Assembly (NCBI RefSeq): GCF_009914755.1
Contig: NC_060933.1
Length of the DNA: 64,000 nucleotides
Source: the human T2T-CHM13v2.0 reference genome, Homo sapiens
Direction: 5' to 3' (one strand)
The notes under the pieces are model-generated. The model saw only the letters and a program-made list of their open reading frames with translations. It did not search any database and was not told where the DNA came from. Both the position numbers and the translations under genes were made by a program. Shown in pieces: positions 16,351 through 30,512 of the stretch (positions within the stretch are counted from its first letter, which is position 1; each line of letters starts with the position of its first letter).

Positions 16351-19141
16351 CTTCTTTATACTTTCCTGAATTAAAAAACCACCCAAATAAATGTTAAAAC
16401 ACAAAATACATTTCAGAATTCAATAATTTTCCTCTGTGGTAGCATCTATATCCCTCAATCCACCTCAACTTAAGCTGAAAATTTACATTAAAGGCAGAGA
16501 TTTAATAAACAATATGTAGGGCATTTGACTTACTTAGTAAATGAACCAGCAAACGTAAAAAATTTGTGCAAAACACATTCACATGCCTTTCAACTCTAAA
16601 GGAAGTTATAATTCTTGCCTACACAAAGGATCCTTTCTCAAACAGAATGTCCTCTGTTTAATTAATGAATAACAAGAAACTTTTTAACAATAAGAGTAGT
16701 TGAAATAAATGTTTTTAGAGTGTCTATATAGATATTTTAAACATGTCTTTAAAAAGCAGAATAATGAACTGGTTTTCAGAGTTTGTGTGTGACATTATGT
16801 ATTATGTCCCTGGCATCCCCTTACCAAGAACACAGTGGTTTGATAGACCCAAAAGAGGGAAATTGGTTGAATTACAAAGTAGGAGAAACACCCTGTCTTT
16901 TTGTTGGGCCACTATCACAAATTGGTAGGAGGCTGTGGATTTAAAATAAAACCCCTCCTGGAAACTAAACTGAATAGCTTAGAGGTAATCTACTTTCTAC
17001 TGATCACTTCATTAGTGGCACAGGGATTTATCAATAAAAAGGATATCTTAGGGGTTGCAAGACACTAACAATTCTTTCAAGCTAATTTAACTCTCAAGAA
17101 GACTGTGGGATCTATGGGTTTTTATCCTTACAATTGGTTCCGTTGACTCAAAGGTGTTTTGATATACTATATCAATACTATCATAAGTTTTCTGATTAAC
17201 TACAATGTACTGGGTGCTTTCTTAGGTTCTAAAATTCAAAAAGAATAAAGCAAAGTGGTCTCAGACTTCAAAGAGCTAAAGTCTTGCTGGGGATCTGTGT
17301 CAATATCCATAATAAAATGTTACCACTTTACTACTCCAATAATATAAACAAAGTCCTGTAGGAAGAATAAGGACAAAGCTGAAAGAGCACCTGAGGTCAA
17401 TGCCCAGTATTTCAAAATATATTTTGTGCATCTCTATTTGGTAGTATCCTGAAATCTATCTAATTCATTATTATGACCCCTAGCCATATCTAGCTATACT
17501 TGACTAATATATGACTGAATCTCTGGTATTTTCTGATGTTTGTGTTTTACTACATGAAGAATATTAAAAAATAAAGTAAAACTAAATAAGTAAATAAACT
17601 CAATGTGATTATTTCAGGAAATTCTGTTCTCTGAGATATAATAACCTACTTACAACACTTCAAAGAACTGCAAGAGTCAACAATATAACTGTTATAGTAA
17701 CAAGAATAAAAGAATCCTGTTTCTGGGTATGGTTTGTTTTTGGGGGGGATTTTTTTTTTAAACTTAAATTCACAATATAAAAACCTGTCTTGCTCACTAA
17801 TTAAACTAGGATTAAAATGCCCAGCTAATAATTTGGTATCTAAACTACAGAAAAGAGCCATCTGCACAATTAAAAAACACACTGCTTTGACTGTCTGTTC
17901 TTTCAAGAAATACTTTATAAAATAAGAATGGCTTGGATATAGCAGGTGCCCAATAGCTGCTTCCTGAAAGGCTGATTATCCTGGTACTTTAGTGATAATA
18001 TTCAAATTAATAGTTTTCACTTCTTGTCCCTCTAAAAGAACATTATCTCTGATTTTCTCCTAATAAAGTATACTGAAAACAGCATGTGTCCAAGTCCTGG
18101 ATGGAAATAGATATATACACACACACATATACATACATATCAGTATCAGGTCATTTTGGCTTCTGTAGACTTCAGTTTCCTCATTTGTAAAATGGTAGAA
18201 TTGTATTATACCTCCAGTAAGGCAAATGGGATAGATTTCACCCAGCTTTCAAATTTTATGACTGAGAAACCTAGCAGCTATTTTCATGTGAGGAGAATAA
18301 AAACAGTCTTAACAGATAATGTAGAGCACTAGGGGGAAAAACACATGAAGAGGTAGTAGGGTGTAAAGACAAAAGTACTTGATTGGAAGTCCAGAGTTCT
18401 AGTTAGTTTCCATTCTATCCACTGACAGGCAATGAGAATTCGGCAAGTCACTTGCCATCAGTATCCTCATCTGAAACACAGGAATAGTATCTTCCCTGCC
18501 TGTTATGGAAACCAAATAATGTCATGTGAAAATGTGGCAAACTATGAAGTGCTAGACAAAGATCCACCAGTAGAGTTCATTGGTTAATAATGGAAAGCCG
18601 AGGCAAAGAATTTAAGCCTTTGTCAAGTTATGTGACCCTAAGACACAGTGTTATGCTGCTTTCTAAAAAACATTACACATACTTTGTAAACATAGGTAGG
18701 TCAGTAAGCTTCCAAATAATAGTGTGTTTGACTTCAGACTTCTGTGTCTCATCCCTTAAGTCACAGTCCACTTTTTTCTAGCCAATTTCGAATAGGATTC
18801 CTTCCAAAATCATTTTAAAGTTGGAAGGGACTGCATTCCTCTGTCATTTCATCTGATGAGGAAACTGAGGTACAGTGAGGTTTATGAGGATTATCTAAGG
18901 TCATATTGCTAGTGGCTAAGTTAAGAATCTGGGCCTCCTAATACTTAGCCCCAAACCCCTGACACTAGAACAAAGAGCAAAACAGGATTTAGATCAATTC
19001 CTTCTATTTTTCTGGAAATTTAAGTTCTAATTCCATACTAAAGAAACACTGGAAAACTCAGGAAAAACAAAACAAAACAAAAAAAACCCTAAAAGTCACT
19101 TGTAATCCCTGTTTTGCTATTAACATGTTTGGGTATATATC

Positions 19142-19460
19142 TTTTTTTTTTTTTTTTTTTTTTTCCTGAGACAGGATCTTGCTCTGTCGTCCAGGCTGGA
19201 GTGAAGTGGTGCAATCCTCACTCACTGCAGCCTCCAACTCCTGGGCTCAAGAAATCCTCTCACCTCAGATCTCCTGAGTAGCTGGGACTACAGGTATGCA
19301 CCACCATGCCCAGCTAATATATATATATATATATTTTTTTTTGGTAGAGATGTAGTCCCACTATGTTGACCAGGCTGGTCTCAAACTCCTGGCCTCAAGT
19401 GATCCTCCCACTGAGCCTCCCAAAGTGTTAGGATTACAGGTGTGAGTCACTGTGCCCAGC
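19142..19460 (-). mobile_element. AluJ with (TA)n in the central linker
   Basis: Antisense Alu with TSD tgggtata(t/c)atc. Confidence 0.9.
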
Positions 19461-21461
19461 TGGGTATACATCCTTTTTTCCTGAGTATTTTCAAAAAGTG
19501 GGATCATATTGAACATATTCTATAATCCTTTATGGAAAAAAACTGAGCAATTCCCATTAAACATTTTCCCACATAATCAATTTTGATATTTTTAATGGTT
19601 GCAATGAATGTGCTATAAATATCAAACATATCTCTAGTTATTTCTTTACAAAATAGTCTTATGAGAGGAACTACTAATAAATTTCACTCTTTTACACTGT
19701 TAGGTTTCTGGCCATTTACATTCCTGGTATTTAACAAGGTATTCAATTACCTGCATAACTAAGAAGATCATAGGATTTTTAAAGATATGATGGTTTGGGA
19801 CAGCAATCAAGTTCTAATGGTGCTCACTTTTTAGGTCACCTTCATCACAGACTGCTCCAAAGGCAGAGCAATGTGGAACGAACCAGCACATTTACTTAAG
19901 ATCAAAGTATGATACATCTCTTTGAGCGCCTCACTTCACAATAGGGATCCATTCATTGGCTTCCAGATGATGTTCACAGTTCATGTAACACTGATACTGA
20001 CTTTGTTCCTTATGTTTAGACAGCTTCTCTGTCTATACTTCTCAGAAACACCATCAACCAGAACAGAGCCACTTATTATCCACAAAAGTTGCATCAACCA
20101 GCTTACCTTCTGGGAGGGATGGATGGTACCCAAATACTCAAACTGAATCCTATAGTGTGGAGCAACCAAACAGAAAACAGTCCAAGGATTCAGGAAATGG
20201 TAAAAACATTTTAAATCTAAATAGTAGTTATTTTCATTTTGTTCTGCTCCCACCCCCCAAAAGAACTGGAATTCTTTCCAGCATGACCAAAAAGGAAAGC
20301 TAGTAAAATATATCTAAAGGAACTGACCGTTGCATATTGATAATTAAAATTCTCCTGGTGATTTAGATATTTCAGAAACCTTACAGGCTTTCTCATTAAT
20401 TCCAAAGATTATCAACTTATGTTTCACTGAAATTATATTACTGACCTTATTTAGAAAAAGCTACACAAATTACTAGTGTTTATTGTTACTTGCCATGCAC
20501 GGTTAGGTTTTACATATATTTTATTCTGCACAATAATCTCATAAAGTAGGAATTTTGACCCCATTTTACAGAGGAAGAGTCTTGTCTAAGTCTACTCAGT
20601 TAATAAACGACAAGCAAAGACTCAAATCCAGTTTGACAGCTTAGACTATCAAACTCTAAACTCAAATTTTTACAACTATACTACACTATTATTTAAATAA
20701 ATAAAAATCAGGTATAAGAAGCCCAGTAGACTCTGGCTTTCTATTCTTCAGTTCACCTTGCAGACGATCTAAAATTGCCTTTCATCATTCTTTACTAAAA
20801 AATGTTCACTGGTGCCTACCCATTGCCTTAGAAGTGTACATCCTTGAGCCAGCTTTTCTTCACCCCTCATGTCTCACTCAGTTTAAATGCTATTGCCTCA
20901 GAAAGAACCTCTTGACCTTATAATCTAAATTGGGTCTCCCTGTTTTTATTCTAAGTACCCTTCTTACTTTTTATGACTCTTTTCATAATCTGTATGTTGA
21001 CTGCTTAAAGTTCCATTAGGATAGGGACCATGTGTGGTTTGTTCATTAAACCACCCAGTTTTTAACCCTGTATACCCAGAGACCAGCATTGTGCCTGTCA
21101 AATGGAGGTACTCTTTTGCAGAATGTATGAATGGAATGAAAGAAATTAAATGAGAGTCAAGGATCTCCATAATCTGGCCCTACTGTACCTTCTCAGCCAC
21201 ACTTTGCTTGTTTAGGTCAATTCACTGCTCCCTGTGGAGGTCTCTGGCTCCCTCTGAGACTACAAATCCTACCCAGACTTTAATACTTGGCTTAAAACCC
21301 ACCTCCACTAGCACCCCTATCCGAGACATAACCAGCCTCCTCTCCACTTCTATTAGACTCCCATAGCACTTGCTCATCATGCTCCTATCCAACTTTTACT
21401 ATAAACTACTTTGGAGGGTTAATTTACTGTTCATGCAGTTAGTCTTAGGTCTCATCTACAC

Positions 21462-21662
21462 CTGCACTATGCATCACAGTAGTCACTAGGCACATGGAGC
21501 CACTACGTACAAATCCATTTAAATTAAATAAAATTTAAAATGTGGTCCCTGTTCATATTAGGGACACTTCAATTGCTCAATAGCTACTATGGCTAGTGGC
21601 TACCATATGGAACAGCACAGACACAGAAAATTTCCACCATTACAGAAATTTCTGTTAGTGCC
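21462..21662 (-). mobile_element. MER3 (hAT-Charlie)
   Basis: ggctagtggctaccatatggaacagcacag..agaaaatttccaccattacagaaa. Confidence 0.65.
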
Positions 21663-24239
21663 TTGGGTTCAAGAACTGTATTTTAAACTTCTATTTCACA
21701 CAGTAAAGATGGTACCCACAACACTTCATAAACAGTGAGTTCAATATTTAATAGAAAAAACAATAACTTGCTGGATAAGATTAATTTTAACGTGACTATT
21801 TACATTATAAACTGTTGTCTTCTACATTAGCACAGGGTCCATACACTAAGTTAAAGACTATCCCTAGGTCAAGTTTTCAGTTTTAGAGAATCCAATATGA
21901 TTATCTAATACTCAACCATACAAACAGCATTTATATAGTATTATCCAGTTTATAAAGTGCTTCATATTCACCAATCATTTGTCCAATATATTTTTGGTGA
22001 GGAACACAGAGATTCAGGGAAGGTCTAATATTTATTGAGTGGCAACTAAGTACCACTGTGTGAGGTGATTTTCCTGTTTTCATCAGCCTCACAAGATCAA
22101 GAGGAAACTGAGGCTGAGAGAAGGTACCTATTCACATCATACAGTAACAAAATCCACATCTCACCACTGCATCCTCAACTCCTTCTGGCTAAATATTTCT
22201 ACATAAACAAAGTCAATGTATTTAATGAAGTAGATGTTGGCCAATAAAATTACAACCGATCTTAAGTTTGGACAAGAAAAACAAAAAAATTTTTGTATAA
22301 TACTGAAAGTGTAATTAGATACAGTAAAGTTAGATACAAACGTTACAGATAAACAATGCCTTAAAAAAAAAAAAGAAACACAGCCTCTTTATTTTGGGAG
22401 TAAATGGGCTAAATTAAGGGAAGAAAGCGCAGGCAATTTTTAAAAGCCCAAATTATAAGGCACTTACAAAGATGCATAGTAATATTATTGAAAATAGTTT
22501 TACTGTGGGGAATATGTACTCAAATATAGCTGATGACTAGTCTTAAACAATGAGTTAAGCTATTTAAATGTTTAAGACCTATATTACAAATCATTACATT
22601 ATTCCGAATATCCAACTTATCTCAAAGTTTTAAATCTCGAATGACCCAAATCCTTATTACTAATAAATTATACATTGAGGATATATTAATGAGGTTTTAC
22701 AGTAGAAAAAGGATTAGGGAGGGGCATTAAAGTCCTTTAAGAGTTTCCATAAATGTGATCCACAAGAACTGGGACATGTTCCAAACTGCACTGTGTTAAA
22801 AACTGCCAAGCCAATGAACATTCAATCTTGGTTTCTTCAAATATAATGATGCTCTTTTAGTCTACCTCAAAGAAGAGAACATAAGATGATTACGACATTT
22901 TGTATTAGATTTCTAATCTCTGCTGTAATTTCTTCTAGAAAAATACCAGTGATGAGAAAATACACTCTTCATTTGTCCAACTTTTTTTTTTTTGAGGTCG
23001 TCTCTTACTTGCACTAAGGCTCCCATTCTCAAAAAGAAATCGAAAGACTGATATACAGCAAGGCATCAAAGCATTCTTTAGAAGGCTCAGCAACCACTAT
23101 GGATACTGCCAGGAAATCATTCCAAACACTCTCATTTTGAAAAAGGCAGCAGTCATAAGGGGGAGGGAAGTGGATGCTGTCAGAGGTGGCAGGTGTGTTT
23201 TGAGGCCAGCAGTGTTTTGTTTTTAATGTGGCACAGTTGCACGTCTCCAATTGTGTGCCACAAGGGAGCAAAACATCCAACGGCTTCTTAACTGTTTTAC
23301 AATCATCACCTTGGAGGAAAAGAACACTTTGGTAAGATACACGTTTGGCAACTTTTTTAGGCAGAAAAGCTGAACCGGTTAGAATACTTAAAAAAAAAAA
23401 TCATGAGCTCCAGTCTAAAGAATAAAATAAAAATAAATTAAATAATAATAAAAAATAATAAACTAAAAAAAAAAAAATAAACTCCAAAAACAACTAGCTA
23501 AAATGAAAGTAATGCAGAACTGGATGCCATGTTTCTTTTCTTTGAGGAGGAAGAGGTATGGGAAAGGAGGTACATTGTTGCTTCTTCCCTACACCTTTGT
23601 ATAATGTAGATCTCTCTCTCTCTCTCAATAGCTTTCTTTTCACTTGTTACATAAAAGCAAAGTGTTACAAAAAGTAGACTCTTGCGGTATCTTCCCACAG
23701 TACTTCAAGTAAAATGGAAGAGATACATATGTCAGTTCTGCAGTGTCCCGTTAAAGAGGGCAGCAGTGTTGGGATAAAAATGAGTTAACATGCTCCTTGT
23801 AACTATGAATCCGCTTATGCTAAAAAGTATCAAGGTTTCATTTGCTTTATCCCAGACTCCACACTGCGCCCACAGAAGCTTCTCTTGAGAATGTTCTGTT
23901 CACCTTCAAAACACAATGTATTATCGGAGTCACTTTACAATTTTGTGGCAAGTAAGGCTAAAGTCAAAAGCAGCCTCAAACCACCTTTAGATAGTAAACT
24001 GAGGGGTTTGAGGCTCATTAAAAGTAAGAGGATCGGTTACCCCCTCTTGCCAACGTCCGGGATGAATCTCAAGAGTTGTGTTTACAAGGCATACACGGAC
24101 CCACATCGTTGTGTGCGCCCGAGTACCTTAAACACAGGAAGGATGTTGACCTACGGGGGACGTCTCTGGAGTTTCGTGAACTCCTATGAAAAGGTGGGGA
24201 GGGACAGAGAAAGTAGTTCCGTTTTGATTTTTTGAGGTC

Positions 24240-24800
24240 ACTTCTAGGGACTCGACCGCGAGCGCGTCCCGGTAGCGGAAAGCCGGGCCAGCGGCGGCCG
24301 ACAACGGTCCCGCCCGACACGGCTCTGCCTCCTCCCTAGAAGGGCTCGTGGGCCAGGACCCGCGGTCCGCCCGCCGCCCGAGGTCGGGTGGACGCTTGGG
24401 ACGCTTGGCCCCGCCCCCGCCCGCTCCCGACGACCCTCGGAGGCGGCGGAGGCGCGCGACTCACATGTGTGGGTTCCTCCTGAAGGCGTTAGTGATGTCC
24501 TTCACAACCCGCTGCACCAGCACCGCCACCTCCTCGCTGGTCTCGGCCATGTTGGCGGCGGCCGCGACAGTTCGGGCGCGCCTCCGCGTGAGCCGGGCCG
24601 CCGGCGGGAGTTCCGCGGAGAACGAGCGCGCGCGCGCGCGCGCGGGTGCTTCGGCTAGGCCGCGCCCCCGCCGCCGCGGCCGCCGCCGAGCACTTCCGGG
24701 TCAGCCAGTTGGCGGCCTGGGCGTGGCGTTAGCTAGGGTTGGTGGCCTCCCAGTGAGTGGAGAAGTTCGCCTCCGCGCGGGTAACGGACTTTCTAAGCGT
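24240..24800. promoter_or_regulatory. CpG island / PTAR1 promoter and first exon
   Basis: GC- and CpG-dense stretch within AT-rich flanks. Contains GC boxes (~24407-24423), an ETS motif CCGGAAGT on the minus strand (24692-24699), a YY1-like GCCATNTT overlapping the start codon, and (CG)9 at 24627-24644. Confidence 0.92.
24465..24550 (-). CDS. PTAR1: PTAR1 coding exon 1 (MAETSEEVAVLVQRVVKDITNAFRRNPH..), alpha subunit of geranylgeranyltransferase type III
   Basis: The reverse complement reads cgccgccaacATGG (strong Kozak), then 86 nt of CDS, then donor AT|gtgagt at 24464. The peptide is recognised as the PTAR1 N-terminus. Confidence 0.97.
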
Positions 24801-25407
24801 CAGAGAAGATGCTGGACATTTGTTTGCAAAGTTCTCTCAGGCCTCCGATTTTCTTATTTTAAGTTTTAGGCGAAACCTCAAGACACACTCCCAGAGAGTC
24901 AGACACCTTCCTGAACCCCCCCAGCAAGGTCCCCGGGCATTCCTGAAGGAATGTTCAACTGAGGATGCAGGGCCTCTTAACAGTTAGTCCCGGGCGTTTT
25001 TCAGAGCTTGTCTGCTTTATTTTCCCAGCCTGAGAGATGAAGAGGTCCAGAGGCATTGCGGCGGAGCGAGTCCCTATTTGACCGTGTTGGTGACCTCCTT
25101 TCTAACTGTGCCAATTTTTGTCTCTGAACTTGAAAGCAGCCTTTTTAAAAAACATTAATTAAAATTCTTAAATTTATTAAAGGAAGAGAAAGGAAAGTGA
25201 AGGAAAAGTTATTTGCCATCTGTATGTAGGAAGTAGAAGTGAAATCGTTTTTAGATTTTTCGACTTCATTTTGTACTGCATTTGGTAGCCTTTGCGTCAA
25301 TTTTGGAATTTAAAAAAAAGGATCAAGGCTCTGACAGGGTTTGTTCATAATAGCAAAAATAAATTTTTGTAGGAAAAACGAGCTTTCTAGTTTATTTAGG
25401 ATTTTGA

Positions 25408-26056
<649 letters not shown>

Positions 26057-26296
26057 GAAATCTGTATCTTTAAAAAGCTATTAAAAAAATAAACTCATGG
26101 TGTGTTTAATGTGAACATATGCGGAGCGTTTGAAGTAGTTTTTATGATTGTAAAAGTAAAAGCTATCTATTGCATGTAAAGTGAATGAGAAATATAAACG
26201 AAAAATATAAATTTACTATACTCAGTGGCCAGTATTTCCTGTGGGTATGTTTATAAAGGCTGGAGTTAGCCTTCTGGTTGTAAAAGAAGTGAGATA

Positions 26297-26588
<292 letters not shown>

Positions 26589-26657
26589 AGAAGTGAGATA
26601 GAAGTTTCACAAAATTGTAGCCAGCAAGGTGGGACAGGATTAAGAATTAGTAAAGTC

Positions 26658-26978
26658 GGCCGGGCACGGTGTCTCACGCCTGTAATCCCAGCACTTTGGG
26701 AGGCCGAGGCGGGTGGATACCTGAGATCAGGAGTTTGAGACCAGCCTGGCCAACAGGGTGAAACCCCGTCTCTACTTAAAATACAAAATTAGCCGGGCGT
26801 CGTGGTGCATGCCTGTAGCTCCAGCTACTTGGGAGGCTGAGGCAGGAGAATCGCTTGAACCCGGGAGACGCACGTTGCAGTAAGCCAAGACTGTGCCCTG
26901 CACTCCAGCCTGGGCAACAAAAGCGAAATGCCATCTCAAAAAAAAAAAAAAAAAAAAAAAAAAGAAAGAAAAAAAAAG
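26658..26978 (+). mobile_element. AluS
   Basis: TSD aaga(a/g)ttagtaaa(g/a)tc. Confidence 0.9.
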
Positions 26979-27755
26979 AGTTAGTAAAATCAATCAAAAT
27001 TTAACCGATAACAAGTTCTGGAGTGAAGCAGTGAAAAGAGTGGAATGTGTGTTTAGATTCCAAGGCAAAAGACAACTTTAAATATCCTGATTAAGAATGT
27101 AAGACCAGTTCTTAAATTAAAATTCTTAAACTTAGTAAGTTTTCTTAATCAGGACCTTGCATCCTAATGGCAGTGGGAAATAAATCCCAATTTCTGGAGG
27201 CAGAGATCAAAGCAGCACACTCAGAAATAATGATTTTCCCCGAAAGGCTTTATTTAACAGGGAAAAAAGAAAACTTTGTCCCCAAATTTTGATGTAAAAC
27301 AGCTATTTCAGAAACAGAATTCCTCTGTATGATTCTGTGTATGCCCTCTCCACATGCAACCTCTTTATAGTCATTTGAAAGGCATGCATTGTATCTTGTT
27401 TCCTCTAAGAATTCACAAATTGTTTTACCCCAATTATTAAGAATCTACTATGTTTAGAACTTGTTTTTTTTTTTAGAATTGGAGCATAATTAGAACTCTG
27501 AGCCAACTCTCTAATTTTACAGATAAGAAAACAGAAGTCCAAAGGATTTAAGATTTGAAATTCATAAATCCTCAATAATGATATATATGTATACAAGAAT
27601 AGGGCATAATAAATTCAGCGTGATTTTGTCGAAGGACTACAAGATTTATGTTCATTTATTGATAATAAAATACAGTAAATAACTTAAATGCCCAATGAGA
27701 GGGGATTGATTAAATTATAAATTTATATGGTAAGATGCTATTTAGTATTTGAAAA

Positions 27756-28723
27756 TGTAGGGGTGGGTTGCCCCTACACACTTGTGGGTGTTTCTTGTAA
27801 GGTGGGACGAGAGATTTGGAAAAGAAAAAGACACAGAGACAAAGTATAGAGAAAGAAATAAGGGGACCCGGGGAACCAGCGTTCAGCATATGGAGGATCC
27901 CGCCAGCCTCTGAGTTCCCTTAGTATTTATTGATCATCTGTGGGTGTTTCTCAAAGAGGGGGATGTGTCAGGGTCACAAGACAATTGTGGGGAGAGGGTC
28001 AGCAGACAAACACGTGAACAAAGGTCTTTGCATCATAGACAATGTAAAGGATTAAGTGCTGTGCTTTTAGATATGCATACACATAAACATCTCAATGCTT
28101 TACAAAGCAGTATTGCTGCCCGCAGGTCCCACCTCCAGCCCTAAGGCAGTTTTTCCCTATCTCAGTAGATGGAGCATACAATCGGGTTTTATACCGAGAC
28201 ATTCCATTGCCCAGGGACAGGCAGGAGACAGATGCCTTCCTCTTGTGTCAACTGCAAGAGGCATTCCTTCCTCTTTTACTAATCCTCCTCAGCACAGACC
28301 CTTTACGGGTGTCGGGCTGGGGGACGGTCAGGTCTTTCCCTTCCCACGAGGCCATATTTCAGACTATCACATGGGGAGAAACCTTGGACAATACCTGGCT
28401 TTCCTAGGCAGAGGTCCCTGCGGACTTCCGCAGTTTTTGTGTCCCTGGGTACTTGAGATTAGGGAGTGGTGATGACTCTTAACGAGCATGCTGCCTTCAA
28501 GCATCTGTTTAACAAAGCACATCTTGCACCGCCCTTAATCCATTCAACTCTGAGTTGACACAGCACATGTTTCAGAGAGCACGGGGTTGGGGGTAAGGTT
28601 ATAGATTAACAGAATCTCAAGGCAGAAGAATTTCTCCTAGTACATAACAAAATGGAGTCTCCTATGTCTACTTCTTTCTACACAGACACAGTAACAATCT
28701 GATCTCTCTTGCTTTTCCCCACA
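27756..28723 (-). mobile_element. HERV-K(HML-2) LTR5_Hs solo LTR, full length 968 bp
   Basis: The minus strand starts TGTGGGGAAAAGCAAGAGAGATCAGATTG and ends CCCCTACA. 6-bp TSD TGAAAA at 27750-27755 and 28724-28729. TATAAAA at 28187-28193 and AATAAA at 27926-27931. Confidence 0.97.
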
Positions 28724-28833
28724 TGAAAATCACATTATAACTAGAAGAATATATACCAAAGTGTTAGAGGTATTTTCATAGGACAATTTGACTATGTAAT
28801 GTAAAGAGCAAAGTAACATTTGTAATTTAAGAA

Positions 28834-29101
28834 TTTTTTTTTTTTTTGAGACGGATTCTCACTCTGTCGTGCAGGCTGCAGTGCAGTGGTACAGGTTCAA
28901 GCGATTCTCCTGTGTCAGCCTCCTGAGTAGCTGGTATTACAGACACACGCCACCACACCTGGCTAATTTTTCTATTTTTAGTAGAGACTGGGTTTCACCA
29001 TGTTGGCCAGGCTGGTCTCGAATTCCTGACCTCAACTCCTGACCACCCACCTCGGCCTCCCAAAGTGCTGGGATTACAGGCTTGAGCCACTGCACCTGGC
29101 C
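28834..29101 (-). mobile_element. AluS with internal deletion
   Basis: Antisense Alu with junction gtggtac|aggttcaag. Confidence 0.85.
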
Positions 29102-29874
29102 TAAGAAAAGTTTTTTAAATTATATATTAATAAGGAGCTGATATATTTGTTTGTTAATTAGCCAAATATATTATGTGCATACTAATTTTCTTACAGATAT
29201 ATTGATTTTTTTAAGTGACCATGTCTATTATTATCATTTACATGGTTGTGGATATATTTTGACAATCTTCCTACCCACTCCCAAAAACCACACGTTTCTT
29301 ATTTTAGAAGACTAATTGATGATAGAGGAAAATGTGGATATGTAATGACCAAAACAAGTACCAAATACAAATACAATACAATATAATCCTAATTTCATAT
29401 ATACCATACAAATTGTATGTAATATAGATATAATTGTACATATATATAAAATAGATGGGGGGATACAAACTAAAATGTTAACAATGATTATCTCTGTATG
29501 ATAGAATTGAGATAATTAAGACCAATAAATACATATTCTTTATACGTTTCTGGATGTCCCAAAGTTTTACAATGAAAAACCTAATGTATGTCTTGAGGAC
29601 CCTGGAGGGAACGAGGACAGCGAGGTAGTTTTAGTGACTTTTGTGAAGAAATGAAGATGCCTTGTCATCCATTTCCATCTTTGCTTTGTATTATGCCGCT
29701 TACATTACTGACATGTTGTTTATTACTCCATTTATTTTTATTTGAATCTCATTTTCTGATAACATTTTACAATATAGAATTCAAATAGTACTAAATATGT
29801 TCTACCATGTGCTAGCTATTATTACGGAAAGAACAGTCTTATTTCCTCCATTACAAAAATTAAGTAGCCAAATG

Positions 29875-29983
29875 GGGAGGCACACTTCTGTAGTCCTAGC
29901 TACTCTGGAGGCTGAGAGGATTGCTTGAATCCAGGAGTGTGAAGATCAGCCAGAGCAACATAGTGAGACCTCATCTCAAAAAA
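29875..29983 (+). mobile_element. FLAM / Alu monomer
   Basis: ctgtagtcctagctactc..gcaacatagtgagacctcatctcaaaa. Confidence 0.75.
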
Positions 29984-30217
29984 ATTAATGCCCAATTTTG
30001 AATGGCTTATTATATTCTCATTGTGGTTACCTATATCTTAAATTTTGCCAGACCTCAGCCCTATCCACTATCTTAAAATCTAAAATTTAAAAACTTACTA
30101 GCAAAGAAATAGTAGAAGGGTAACAAAATATTAACCAAGAAGCCACAATATTGATGTGTTTTATGAATTCTTAAGAAAAATCAACAGGAATGATGCCCAT
30201 CTTTAAAATTTTTATTA

Positions 30218-30512
30218 GGCTGGGCGCGGTGGCTCACGCCTGTAATCCCAGCGCTTTGGGAGTCCGAGGCGGGCAGATCACAAGGTGAGAAGATCAAGAC
30301 CATCCTGGCCAACATTCTGCTAAAAATACAAAAAATTAGCCGGGCATGGTGGCAGACGCTTGTAGTCCCAGCTACTCGGGAGACTGAGGCAGGAGAATGG
30401 CGTGAACTGGTGAGGCGGAGCTTGCAGTGAGCCGAGATCTTACCGTGCCACTGCACTCCAGCCTGGGTGACAGAGTGAGACTCAGTCTCTCAAAAAAAAA
30501 AAAAAAAAAAAA
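30218..30512 (+). mobile_element. AluY-like
   Basis: gagaatggcgtgaac..gcggagcttgcag, with a left-arm deletion. Confidence 0.85.

Noticed and set aside
24348-24869. 173-aa plus-strand ORF across the CpG island
   Set aside because: It has a non-ATG start and is Arg/Ala/Gly-rich. It is the expected stop-poor antisense shadow of GC-rich DNA and PTAR1 exon 1.
27944-28472. ORFs within the HERV-K LTR
   Set aside because: They are antisense to a solo LTR, and no gag/pol/env sequence flanks it (the TSD is directly adjacent).
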